From Rhodospirillales bacterium (GTDB lineage Bacteria; Pseudomonadota; Alphaproteobacteria; Rhodospirillales; UBA2165): a stretch of DNA of 64,000 nucleotides. Of this stretch, positions 19,034-28,375 are shown piece after piece (position 1 is the stretch's first letter; the number at the start of each line of letters is the position of its first letter). A model generated the notes under the pieces. It was given only the letters and a program-made list of their open reading frames with translations, did no database searches and was not told where the DNA came from. Made by a program: the position numbers and the translations under genes. The stretch lies in the NCBI GenBank assembly GCA_965213765.1, contig OZ243926.1, forward strand, positions 130,971 to 194,970. Direction: 5' to 3'.

Positions 19034-20614
19034 TCAACCGTAGAGACCAGCGAACCGGACCGCCCGATAGACGTCCCAGCCTTTCTTTTCATCCCGTTGA
19101 TCGAGGAACAACTCGAACAACACCTCCGGATCGTCGTCGTGGGTTACCTCGACGATCCGCGCCGAACCGATTCCTCGGCTCGGGTCTTCCGAAACGCCGC
19201 CGTCCCCATCGCCGAGCAGTCCACCGAAGCAGGCCAGCACATTGCCGGTCACCGGCAGCACCTCGGCGCCGCAGATGAACGGGCAGTAGTAAGCCTCCTC
19301 ACCTGGACCGCCGTAGGACCACACTTGCCGCACCGTCATTGCCTCCTCGTCGATGTCGTATTCGACGACGCGCGAGTAGTTCTTGCCGGCGGGCAGCTTC
19401 TCTTCGTAGGGCCGGGCCCTGTAGTTGCCGTTGTCGAACAGCATCAGCGTGCCGTGCGGCGTGATTACGGAGTTGTGCTGGTGGAACTGCCATTCCAGCG
19501 GGCCTTCGGGTTTCAGCACCTTGCCCGCCCAGGGTTCGCGCCAGCCGTCCGGGGTGCCGAGGATCCATTTCACCCGGCCCGAGGCGCGATCGATCTTGAT
19601 CACCGCATCCTGGTGCCGGACCGAGAGGATCAGCGAGTCGTCCCGGGTGTCGTGGACCACGGCGTTGGCGTGGCTCCAATCGCAGGAATCGGGGATGCCT
19701 TTCTGCTCCCAGTAACCGCCGAGGGAGTCATAGCCGAAACGGTACGGATCGAGAATGTCCAGGAGCTTCCACTCGTTGAGCACCCGTCCCTCGCGGTTGA
19801 ACTCCACCACCACGTCGCCGACCGCGTTGGCGGGCCGGGGCCGGGCGTTGGGGTCGGTCTCGCTTGCCGGGTAGTCCTGATACTCCCGCACCTCGATGGA
19901 GAGCACGAGGAAATTGCCGTCTTCGGTCTCGAATATCTCGTGGTGAAACCCTTCGGCATCGACAGGCACGGCGGTCCCGTCCCGGTGCAGATCGGGCCAG
20001 CGCCGGGCGGCGGCCCAGTGGTTCACCTGATTACCGAGCATGTCCAGTTCGACCGCCTTATGGTCGAAAGACAGATAGATGATGTTGCCGTTCCGCGCCC
20101 GGATGATGTCGCCGGTGGTATGGCCGACGTCCCGGTACCAGACCACTTCGCCCTCGGCGTCCACCGCGACGATGACGCCATAATATTTGGCGCCCGAGAA
20201 CGCCGACTTGCGGACCCCGAAGACGGTGACGCCGGGTTCCATGCGGTCGGGCTTGCTGACCCTCGCCTCGAAAACCGGAAAATCCTCGGGCAAGGGATCG
20301 GTCTCGAATTCAAACACCTCGCCGCCTTCGATCCGCTCGCCGTATTCGCCGACGGCCGCCACGGTCAAGGTGTGCGCGCGGCCCGGCCGCATACCCAGGA
20401 TGGCATGCTCATGCCGCGGCACGTATTCTTCGCCGGTGGGAATTTGCCACGTCCGGTCGCCGTCGCTGACCTCGATCTCGGCCCGGGCCGGCAGGGAGGT
20501 GGAGAAACACACCTGTCCGGCGAGCGGCGCGTGACCGCTCGGGTTGAGTTCGAAGGTCGGTGATTGAAAGAACGCCAGTTTGCCGGCGGGAAAGGCTAGA
20601 ACGGCTACGGACAT
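19034..20614 (-). CDS. Aryl-sulfate sulfotransferase family protein
   Basis: FHHE, WSHANAV, SVRHQ, QFHQHN and LFDNG motifs; AAGGGG RBS before ATG 20614. Confidence 0.85.
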   Translation of the reverse strand: MSVAVLAFPAGKLAFFQSPTFELNPSGHAPLAGQVCFSTSLPARAEIEVSDGDRTWQIPTGEEYVPRHEHAILGMRPGRAHTLTVAAVGEYGERIEGGEVFEFETDPLPEDFPVFEARVSKPDRMEPGVTVFGVRKSAFSGAKYYGVIVAVDAEGEVVWYRDVGHTTGDIIRARNGNIIYLSFDHKAVELDMLGNQVNHWAAARRWPDLHRDGTAVPVDAEGFHHEIFETEDGNFLVLSIEVREYQDYPASETDPNARPRPANAVGDVVVEFNREGRVLNEWKLLDILDPYRFGYDSLGGYWEQKGIPDSCDWSHANAVVHDTRDDSLILSVRHQDAVIKIDRASGRVKWILGTPDGWREPWAGKVLKPEGPLEWQFHQHNSVITPHGTLMLFDNGNYRARPYEEKLPAGKNYSRVVEYDIDEEAMTVRQVWSYGGPGEEAYYCPFICGAEVLPVTGNVLACFGGLLGDGDGGVSEDPSRGIGSARIVEVTHDDDPEVLFELFLDQRDEKKGWDVYRAVRFAGLYG

Positions 20615-20832
20615 AAATTTCCCCTTGAGAGCCAACCCGGCCCTGCATATTTCACGGTTGATATACGTGATATGATATTAATCAACAATATGAAAATGGA
20701 ATATTTTTTTCTTAAACAAAATCTTAATGTAAAATATATTCCCCTCCCAAACTCAGGGATTGGTTTACGCCCTACATGTGTTATACCCCGCGGCGTTTCG
20801 GGTCCCCTGAATTGAGTCTCCGGAGAAGTTCG

Positions 20833-21441
20833 TTGGAAGTCGTCTGCCTCGATATGGAGGGTGTCCTTGTCCCGGAAATCTGGATCGGTGTCGCCGAACG
20901 CACGGGGATCGAAGAACTTCGGGCCACCACCCGTGATATTCCCGACTACGATGTGCTGATGACCCGGCGGCTGAGGATTCTGGACGAGCATGGGATCAAG
21001 CTGCCGGTCATCCAGGAGGTGATCGCCGGGCTCGGCCCCCTGCCCGGCGCAAGGGAGTTCCTCGACGAACTCCGAACCCTGTTCCAGGTGGTGATCCTGT
21101 CGGACACGTTTTACGACTTCGCCGAGCCGTTGATGCGGCAACTGGACTGGCCGACGCTGTTTTGCCACCGCCTTACCATCGCCGACGACGGCCGGATCGC
21201 CGGCTACAATCTGCGGATGAAGGACCACAAGCGCGAGGCGGTCAAGGCGTTGAAGGCGCTCAACTACACGGTCTACGCCGCCGGTGACTCCTATAACGAC
21301 ATCACCATGCTGGGTGAAGCCGACGCCGGGTTTCTGTTTCATGCCCCGGACAACGTCATCGCGGAGTTTCCCCAATTCCCGGCCCGCGGCGAATTCGACG
21401 AACTGCTGGCGTCCTTTCGCGACGTGAGCCCGCGGTTCTAG
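20833..21441 (+). CDS. thrH: Bifunctional phosphoserine phosphatase/homoserine phosphotransferase
   Basis: CLDMEGVLVPEIW and AAGDSYNDITML motifs; TTG start after GGAGA. Confidence 0.93.
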   Translation: MEVVCLDMEGVLVPEIWIGVAERTGIEELRATTRDIPDYDVLMTRRLRILDEHGIKLPVIQEVIAGLGPLPGAREFLDELRTLFQVVILSDTFYDFAEPLMRQLDWPTLFCHRLTIADDGRIAGYNLRMKDHKREAVKALKALNYTVYAAGDSYNDITMLGEADAGFLFHAPDNVIAEFPQFPARGEFDELLASFRDVSPRF

Positions 21442-21457
21442 GCCGCGCGGCCGCCCC

Positions 21458-23323
21458 ATGCTCCAGATCAGCGGCCTTACCTACCGGATCGGCGGGCGGG
21501 TGCTTCTCGATCACGCCACGGTTTCCGTGGCCAAGGGACGGAAGGTCGGCCTGGTCGGACGCAACGGGGCCGGCAAGACCACGCTGTTCCGCCTGATCAC
21601 CGGAGAGATTTCCCCGGATGACGGCGAGGTGTCGGTGCTCGGCCGGGCCCGCGTCGGAACCGTCGCTCAGGAGGCGCCCGGCGGGCCTGAGAGCTTGCTC
21701 GACACCGTGCTGGCGGCGGATGCCGAGTTGGCCGCACTGACCGCCGAAGCCGGGACCGCGACCGATCCTAATCGTATTGCCGAGATCCATACCCGGCTTG
21801 CCGACATTGACGCCCATACCGCCCCTGCCCGGGCGGCGGCGATCCTTGCCGGTCTCGGCTTCGACGAGGCGGCGCAACAGCGCCCGTGCGCGGAATATTC
21901 GGGCGGCTGGCGGATGCGGGTGGCGCTTGCCGGCGCGCTGTTCGCCCGGCCCGATCTGTTGCTCCTCGACGAGCCCACTAACCACTTGGACCTTGAGGCG
22001 ACAATGTGGCTTGAGAGTTATCTCGCTTCCTGGCCGGGCACCCTGGTGGTGATCAGCCACGAGCGAACGCTCCTGAACCAGGTCGCCGACGGGATCGTTC
22101 ATCTGCACGGTCGGAAGCTCACCGCTTACGGCGGCGGCTATGACACCTTCGAAAAGACTCGCCGGGAAAGGCTGGCCCGGGAAGCCGGCCTACGCGCCAA
22201 GCAACTGGCGGAACAGCGCCGCATCCAGACCTTCGTCGACCGGTTCCGGGCCAAGGCCACCAAAGCCCGTCAGGCCCAGAGCCGCCTCAAAATGCTGGCG
22301 CGGATGGAACCCATCGCCTCGGTCATGGAGGAGCGCACCGCCACGTTCGAATTTCCCAATCCGGATCCCGCACCGCCACCGCTGATCACCATGGATGAGG
22401 TTGCCGTCGGCTACGACGGGAAAGCCGTGTTGGGGGACCTTGATCTCCGCATCGACATGGAGGACCGGATCGCACTCCTTGGCGCCAACGGCAACGGCAA
22501 GTCGACCCTGGTCAAGCTGCTGGCGGGACGGCTCGATTGTCTGGACGGCAAGATGCGCCGCCCCAGGAAACTCAAAGTCGGTTATTTCGCCCAGCACCAG
22601 GCCGACGAACTCGACCTGAAGGTGACACCCCTGGTGCTGGCGGCCCGGGCCCTGCCGGATGCCACCGAGACCAAGGTGCGCGCCCACCTCGGGCGTTTCG
22701 GTTTCGGCGCCGATAAGGCGGAAACTAACGTCGCCGACCTATCGGGCGGCGAGAAAGCCCGGCTGCTGTTCTGCCTGATGAGTATCGAAGCACCCCACAT
22801 TCTGCTGCTCGACGAACCCACCAACCACCTGGACGTGGATGCCCGCGAAGCCCTCGCGCACGCGGTCAACGCCTATCAGGGCGCCGTCGTACTGGTGAGC
22901 CACGATCCTCACCTGGTGGAGATCGTCGCCGATGAACTGTGGCTGGTGGAGGATGGCGGCTGTCAGCGGTTTGATGGCGATCTCGGCGATTACCGCCGCC
23001 ATCTGATTGAGCGCACCCGGACCGCAAAAAGGGCGCAAAACGGTGATGCCCCCACCATCAGCAGGAAGGATGAGCGCCGCGCCCGCGCCCGGGCGCGTGA
23101 AGCGACCGCCGATCTTCGTAAACAGGCCAAAGAGGCCGAAAAACGGCTGGAGCGGCTGGGCCGACAGCGCGCGGAGATCGAGACCGTTCTGGCCGACCCC
23201 TCCACTTATGAGGGTTCGACCGCCGACATGCTGGAACTGGGCAGGAAGCTGGCGAAGATCGACAATGAGATTTCCGCCGCCGAAAGCGCCTGGCTGGAGG
23301 CCGAAGAAGCGCTCGGCCGTTGA
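21458..23323 (+). CDS. ABC-F family ATP-binding protein
   Basis: Two ATPase domains (GRNGAGKTT/YSGGW; GANGNGKST/LSGGE), LLDEPTNHLD twice, no TM segments. Confidence 0.93.
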   Translation: MLQISGLTYRIGGRVLLDHATVSVAKGRKVGLVGRNGAGKTTLFRLITGEISPDDGEVSVLGRARVGTVAQEAPGGPESLLDTVLAADAELAALTAEAGTATDPNRIAEIHTRLADIDAHTAPARAAAILAGLGFDEAAQQRPCAEYSGGWRMRVALAGALFARPDLLLLDEPTNHLDLEATMWLESYLASWPGTLVVISHERTLLNQVADGIVHLHGRKLTAYGGGYDTFEKTRRERLAREAGLRAKQLAEQRRIQTFVDRFRAKATKARQAQSRLKMLARMEPIASVMEERTATFEFPNPDPAPPPLITMDEVAVGYDGKAVLGDLDLRIDMEDRIALLGANGNGKSTLVKLLAGRLDCLDGKMRRPRKLKVGYFAQHQADELDLKVTPLVLAARALPDATETKVRAHLGRFGFGADKAETNVADLSGGEKARLLFCLMSIEAPHILLLDEPTNHLDVDAREALAHAVNAYQGAVVLVSHDPHLVEIVADELWLVEDGGCQRFDGDLGDYRRHLIERTRTAKRAQNGDAPTISRKDERRARARAREATADLRKQAKEAEKRLERLGRQRAEIETVLADPSTYEGSTADMLELGRKLAKIDNEISAAESAWLEAEEALGR

Positions 23324-23586
23324 GCCGCGGCCGGCCCTTCTTCGGGTCTCGACGATCTTGGCCTGATCCCCGAGCCGTTTGGAGATCGAAGCCGGGATCC
23401 GGTTGACGAGACGGGGCCGGATTTTCCAGGACGCCCCCGAAAACCGGATGAAGAAGCGGATTGCCCATTTGGGTTCTCTATTGTTGCTTGTGACGCCAAC
23501 CCCGGAAGGCCACCATGCGTCCGGAGTTCATAACCGCTTGCCGGGCGGCCAACAGCCCGCACCGAGCATCCTAGTGAGGAAGAGAA

Positions 23587-24303
23587 ATGATCGATCTTTA
23601 CAGCTGGCCGACGCCCAATGGTCACAAAGTCCACATCATGCTGGAAGAACTTGAGATGCCCTACAACCTGATTCCGGTGGATATCGGGAAAGGCGCCCAG
23701 TTCGAACCGGAATTCCTCAAGATCAGTCCAAACAACAAGATTCCCGCCCTGGTCGACCCGGACGGCCCGGATGGCGGGCCGATTACCGTCTTCGAAACCG
23801 GCGCCATGCTGATCTATCTCGGCCATAAGACCGGCAAATTCATTCCCCCATCGGGGAGCGCGGCCCGCTTCGACGTGGTGCAGTGGCTTATGTTCCAGAT
23901 GGGCGGCATCGGCCCCATGTGCGGCCAGCAGAACCACTTCAACAATTATGCCCCGAACCTCACCGATGAATCCCAGCTCGCCTATTCCCAGGCCCGCTAC
24001 GACAATGAAGTGGCGCGGCTCTACAACGTGATGGACGGCCGGCTTGGCGAGACCGCCTATCTCGGCGGCGCCGAGTACAGCATCGCCGATATCGCCACCT
24101 TCCCCTGGGTGCGAAACCACGAACGCCGCAAAGTGGACATCGACGGACTCCCCAACGTGAAGCGCTGGCTGGATGAGATCGAGGCGCGGCCGGCCGTGCA
24201 AAAGGGCATGACGGTCCTCACCGACGTCAGCACCGAGGGCAAGGGGCCGTCCAAGGAGGCCCTCGAAAACATGTTCGGTGCCACCCAATACGAGAGGCGT
24301 TAG
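23587..24303 (+). CDS. Glutathione S-transferase, Nu class (YfcG/YghU-like)
   Basis: TPNGHKV, SPNNKIPA, FETGA and QMGGIGPMCGQ motifs. Confidence 0.9.
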   Translation: MIDLYSWPTPNGHKVHIMLEELEMPYNLIPVDIGKGAQFEPEFLKISPNNKIPALVDPDGPDGGPITVFETGAMLIYLGHKTGKFIPPSGSAARFDVVQWLMFQMGGIGPMCGQQNHFNNYAPNLTDESQLAYSQARYDNEVARLYNVMDGRLGETAYLGGAEYSIADIATFPWVRNHERRKVDIDGLPNVKRWLDEIEARPAVQKGMTVLTDVSTEGKGPSKEALENMFGATQYERR

Positions 24304-24340
24304 ACGGACCGAACCAATCAGTCAGGGCTCCGGCATCAGG

Positions 24341-24371
24341 GCTCCGGACGGTCCGCGGAGCGGGCTTTTTT
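24341..24371 (+). terminator. Possible intrinsic terminator after the GST gene
   Basis: Imperfect GCTCC..GGAGC hairpin followed by a T tract. Confidence 0.35.
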
Positions 24372-24476
24372 CGCCAATTCGCAAAAATGGGATATTTAGC
24401 CGGGCGAGATTGAGCTAGACTTTTTTCCAATAGATTCGATCGGGAAAACCCCGAGGCAGTTACAGGGAGAAATTTC

Positions 24477-26024
24477 ATGCTCAAACGCAGTCTGTTTACC
24501 GGCACCATCTTGGGGGCAGTAATGGCGGTGGCCGCCGGACCCGCTTTGGCGCAAAAGAAGGACAACACCGTCCGCGTCGCATTTTTCGACCCCATCTCGA
24601 TGATCGATGCGGTCTACGACCCAAAGCCCGAAACCGGCTTCACGACCAACGCCATTTACGACCGTCTGATGACTTATGATTCCGCCGCCGGTAAATTCCG
24701 GCCGCGGATCGCGGAATCGTGGACCCGTGTGAACCCGACGACTTATGAGTTTAAGCTCAAGAAAGGTCTGAAGTTCCATGACGGTTCCGGCCTCGACGCG
24801 GACGACGTGGTTTATTCGGTCAATTTTGTCGCCGACCCCAAGGTGCGGTTCCGCATCAAGTCCCGGTTCCTTTTCATCAAAGGGGCCGAGAAAATTGACC
24901 AGCACACCGTCCGCATCACCACCAAGCGGCCTTCGGTCGCGGCCATGATGCGTTTCGCGCGCTCGATCTCCATTTATCCCGCCGACGTTCACGGCGCCCT
25001 GGCGAAAAAGAACACCTTCGGCCGCAACCCCGTCGGGTCCGGTCCCTACCGGGCGGCGATGGTGGACCCGGAAAAGGGCATCGTGCTGGAGCGGGTGGAT
25101 AACTATCAATTGGCCGCCGACTACCGCCCGGCGGGCAAGGTGAAGCGCTTCGTGATCAAGCAAATCCCGTCCGTCCAGACCCAGGTGGCCCAACTCCTGA
25201 CCGGCAATTTGGACATGATGTTCCGGGTGCCGAAGGATCAGGTGGACAATTTGCGCAACAATCCCAACTACGGTTTCACCGCCCAGTCCAAGGGTCTGTT
25301 GATCGCTTACCTGCTCCTCGACGCGGCGGGACGTTCGGAGAACCCTGCGCTCAAGGACATCCGGGTCCGCAAGGCGATTATGCACGCGGTCAACCGGCGG
25401 GCGATCCAGACGACACTGATCGCCGGCGGCAGTGATGTACCGATGGTCGAATCCATGTGTTTCCGCAATCAGGCGGGGTGCGACTATTCCGCCCGTCTGC
25501 CCGAGTTCAATCCGGCCAAGGCCAAGCAGTTGCTCGCCGAGGCGGGCGTGAGCGATCTGCGCCTCGAGATCACTTCGGTGACGACGGCCCCGGCGGCGGT
25601 TCCGCAAGCTATCGCGGGCTATTTGCGGGCCGTCGGGATCAAGGCATCGGTCACCCGGCTCCCCTTCCCGCCTTATCGTAAGAAGCAGGCTCAGGGCAAG
25701 ATCCAGGCATTGGTGAACCCATGGGCATCGGGCGGGCTTCCCGAGGTGGAGAGCACGGCCAACTTTTTCTTCGCGCCGGGCGCGCGGAACTATTCCCGCG
25801 ATCCGGTGATCACCAAGCTGGCACAGCAAGGTGCGAGCACGTTTGATCCCAACGCCCGAAAGGAAATCTACAAGCAGCTCTTCGATCGCGTGACGGAACA
25901 GGCCTATATCATGCCCGTGGCGACGACGCCGCCGGTGTTCGTTCACGCAAAGGATCTGCACATCAGTGAGGTCGGCTCCGACGAGACCTATGGCGCGCTT
26001 CCCAACCAGATTTGGTGGAAGTAA
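24477..26024 (+). CDS. ABC transporter substrate-binding protein, family 5 (peptide/nickel-like)
   Basis: Signal peptide, LKKGLKFHDG, PVGSGPY and VRKAIMHAVNR motifs. Confidence 0.9.
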   Translation: MLKRSLFTGTILGAVMAVAAGPALAQKKDNTVRVAFFDPISMIDAVYDPKPETGFTTNAIYDRLMTYDSAAGKFRPRIAESWTRVNPTTYEFKLKKGLKFHDGSGLDADDVVYSVNFVADPKVRFRIKSRFLFIKGAEKIDQHTVRITTKRPSVAAMMRFARSISIYPADVHGALAKKNTFGRNPVGSGPYRAAMVDPEKGIVLERVDNYQLAADYRPAGKVKRFVIKQIPSVQTQVAQLLTGNLDMMFRVPKDQVDNLRNNPNYGFTAQSKGLLIAYLLLDAAGRSENPALKDIRVRKAIMHAVNRRAIQTTLIAGGSDVPMVESMCFRNQAGCDYSARLPEFNPAKAKQLLAEAGVSDLRLEITSVTTAPAAVPQAIAGYLRAVGIKASVTRLPFPPYRKKQAQGKIQALVNPWASGGLPEVESTANFFFAPGARNYSRDPVITKLAQQGASTFDPNARKEIYKQLFDRVTEQAYIMPVATTPPVFVHAKDLHISEVGSDETYGALPNQIWWK

Positions 26025-26042
26025 TTTGCCAAAAAGCCAAGG

Positions 26043-26070
26043 AAACCGGCCCTTTAGGGCCGGTTTTTTT
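26043..26070 (+). terminator. Rho-independent terminator
   Basis: AAACCGGCCC-TTTA-GGGCCGGTTT followed by TTTT. Confidence 0.9.
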
Positions 26071-26109
26071 GTGGCTTGGCAGTGGTGAAACCGGATGACA
26101 GCATGAGGC

Positions 26110-26592
26110 ATGCTTTCCGACAGGGTCGTCACCTGGATCGTCTTCGCCGCCGTTCTCTATCTCGTCCTGTTCGTCGGCGGGGTCGGGCTGATCGCCATGG
26201 TTAGCGGTGCCGGTGGAGACCCCAACGATCCGGTCTTGGTGGCCCGGGGCGAGGTCTTGTACGGCGAGCACTGTGCCGCTTGCCACGGGACCAATCTGGA
26301 GGGCCAGCCCAACTGGGAGACCCGGAATGCCGACGGCACGTTTCCCGCGCCGCCGGCGGACGGGACCGGTCATGCCTCGGAACATTCGGACCGGCAATTA
26401 TTCGAGGTGGTGCAGTTCGGCGGCGCCCGGTTTTCGCGGCCGGGAGTCAAGAGCGCGATGCCGTCCTTCGAGGATAAGCTGGAAAGCGCCGATATCTGGG
26501 CGATCTTGGCATTTATCAAAAGCCGTTGGCCCGAAGAGGTGCAGAAGAAACAGCAGACCCGAGGCTTATTCTCGGGCCCGCATCTTCACTGA
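26110..26592 (+). CDS. Membrane-anchored monoheme cytochrome c
   Basis: N-terminal TM helix, CAACH heme motif, distal SAMP Met. Confidence 0.9.
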   Translation: MLSDRVVTWIVFAAVLYLVLFVGGVGLIAMVSGAGGDPNDPVLVARGEVLYGEHCAACHGTNLEGQPNWETRNADGTFPAPPADGTGHASEHSDRQLFEVVQFGGARFSRPGVKSAMPSFEDKLESADIWAILAFIKSRWPEEVQKKQQTRGLFSGPHLH

Positions 26593-26603
26593 GTTACTTC
26601 AGG

Positions 26604-27014
26604 TCAATTCCCGCCCCGATGACGGCGACGGCCGCCGTGCCGGCGGCGGTGGCCGCGAACGCCTATCTTGCGGGCGGCTTCGATTTCCCCGTCGAGTTCG
26701 CCGGCGGCGATGGCGGCGATGACGTCGCGATAGAATGCCTCGAGGCCCGCGACATCGCCGACGCGAAACGCCTTGCCGCCCGAAAACTGCATGGGCCGGG
26801 TGCCGAAGCGGACGTGGGTATAGATCTCCCCGTCCTCGTGGACGAACCACCACGGGCTCAGCGGGCGGCCGCGCGGGTCCTTGGTGTCCGGGTCATGCAG
26901 CAGCGCGATCTGGTGCTCCAACCGTTTGGTCAGTTTCTTCTTGGCGATCGACAGTCCGTCCCGTTGCAGGGTCCGGCCGATATCCGCGGTCTCATATTTG
27001 TCGAGCAATCCCAA
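26604..27014 (-). CDS. DUF6641-like hypothetical protein
   Basis: RLEHQIALL...PWWF..DGEIY..VRFGTR...AIAAGELDGEIEAA pattern recalled for DUF6641; AAGGAGA RBS. Confidence 0.6.
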   Translation of the reverse strand: MGLLDKYETADIGRTLQRDGLSIAKKKLTKRLEHQIALLHDPDTKDPRGRPLSPWWFVHEDGEIYTHVRFGTRPMQFSGGKAFRVGDVAGLEAFYRDVIAAIAAGELDGEIEAARKIGVRGHRRRHGGRRRHRGGN

Positions 27015-27045
27015 GTTGATGTCTCCTTGCGTTTAAGTGAACAAA

Positions 27046-27305
27046 TTAGTGATCATATGATAGTGTGCAGGTATGTTTCAACCAAGCGGTCCCGATCGGT
27101 CCGTTGGACACCCGTCCGGGTCTCACGCCACTCCCTGCGAAGGCTTGTATCCCAGTGTTCAGGCGGAAACAGGGATGTCGGCCGGTTGTCAAACAGCCGG
27201 GTGAAAGTATCAATTATGAACATTTATATCTCCATATTAGTGACTTATATTAGTGACTATATATTGTCTTTTCACGAGATACAAGTCTTTTTAGTGCACC
27301 ACTAA
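27046..27305. promoter_or_regulatory. AT-rich region with an array of TTAGTG hexamers
   Basis: TTAGTG at 27046, 27237, 27250 and 27291, inverted copy at 27300; ATATTAGTGACT directly repeated at 27234 and 27247. Confidence 0.65.
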
Positions 27306-27345
27306 GTGATGCCTGTCTCCGACGGCGCCCGAAACGAAGACCGGC

Positions 27346-27617
27346 CTAGCCCGCATTTCTCACCACGGTCACGGCCTGCGTCGCGTCCAGGCGGTCGATC
27401 CGCCAGGAGCGGCCCGAAAAGCGTAGCGGCGACTACGGTTGAGGGCCGCGACGCCGCGGGCGGGTGCCGAGGCGCGACCCGAAGGGCGGCGCTGTCTGGT
27501 CGACAGCGTGCGTCGAGGCGCTTGCCCGATGTCACCGCATCGCGCGGCGCGCCTCTCCTGCTCCGCCGACCAGACAGCGCCGCGCAGACCATGACCCTGG
27601 TGAGAAATGCGGGCTAG
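27346..27617. mobile_element. MITE-like non-autonomous element
   Basis: 26-bp terminal inverted repeats (25/26 identical) beginning and ending with CTAG; internal 16-bp inverted repeat; no transposase ORF. Confidence 0.75.
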
Positions 27618-28375
27618 CCGCCGGCCACGACCTCGGCCACCGTATGTTCCATGAGGTTGCGCAGTACCTGGCGGGCCGTCTTGGCGCCGCGCCGGGTGAC
27701 ATCCAACTCCCGGAAAATAAACCGAAAATCCCGAATCAACGTGAGCACCGCGCCACTTGGCAGACGGCCACGGAACGGTTTGCCTTCATTTGTCGTCAAC
27801 GGGATGACCCGGCCATAGGCTTCGGGGGTGAGGATACGAAAGCGGGTCCATTTGCCTGCCCCGCCGCGGACGCCGCCGTTGAGGGCCAGGGTCAGGCCGC
27901 GCACCTCCGGATGGGTCTCGATGGCGCGGGACCCGCTGAACGCCCGCACAGCCAGATAATGCGCGGCGCAGTATTCGATATCCGGGAGATTGATGGTACC
28001 GAACGTCCAGGTCTCACCGACGCCGATGGTTTCGGCGGCCGAGTGCACCAGTTGAAACGGCGACGGGGTCCCGCCATGACCGGCCTGTGCACGACCGATA
28101 CCGAGTACCGCGTGCAGCGCGGCCGGCGCCCGGGTGTTCCGGGAGGTCTCCTCGCACGGCACCAAAGCGACGCTGAAGTTGGTAATCGCGGCCTTGTCGA
28201 GACGCACCGGCCCCATCGCGCTGTCGAACTCTGCGCCGTTCAGGTTGGGGATCGGGTCCTTCCACGCCAATTTTATGACGATACCCGGGGTGGCGGGAGA
28301 CGAACCCTGCTGAGCGACCGCTGCCGCCGGAACCAATAGCCCGGCGGCCGCGATCAATGGGGCGAGACGCTTCAG
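27614..28375 (-). CDS. Secreted hypothetical protein
   Basis: Signal-like N-terminus ending AAVA-Q; start is TTG 28357 or CTG 28375; stop TAG lies in the MITE terminal CTAG. Confidence 0.7.
   Translation of the reverse strand: MKRLAPLIAAAGLLVPAAAVAQQGSSPATPGIVIKLAWKDPIPNLNGAEFDSAMGPVRLDKAAITNFSVALVPCEETSRNTRAPAALHAVLGIGRAQAGHGGTPSPFQLVHSAAETIGVGETWTFGTINLPDIEYCAAHYLAVRAFSGSRAIETHPEVRGLTLALNGGVRGGAGKWTRFRILTPEAYGRVIPLTTNEGKPFRGRLPSGAVLTLIRDFRFIFRELDVTRRGAKTARQVLRNLMEHTVAEVVAGG

Noticed and set aside
20712-20727. TTAA-N8-TTAA as a CtrA box
   Set aside because: Spacer is 8 rather than 7 nt and it lies in generally AT-rich DNA
23324-23586. Possible riboswitch or small ORF in the 260-bp spacer before the GST gene
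   Set aside because: No recognisable aptamer consensus and no ORF with an RBS or family signal
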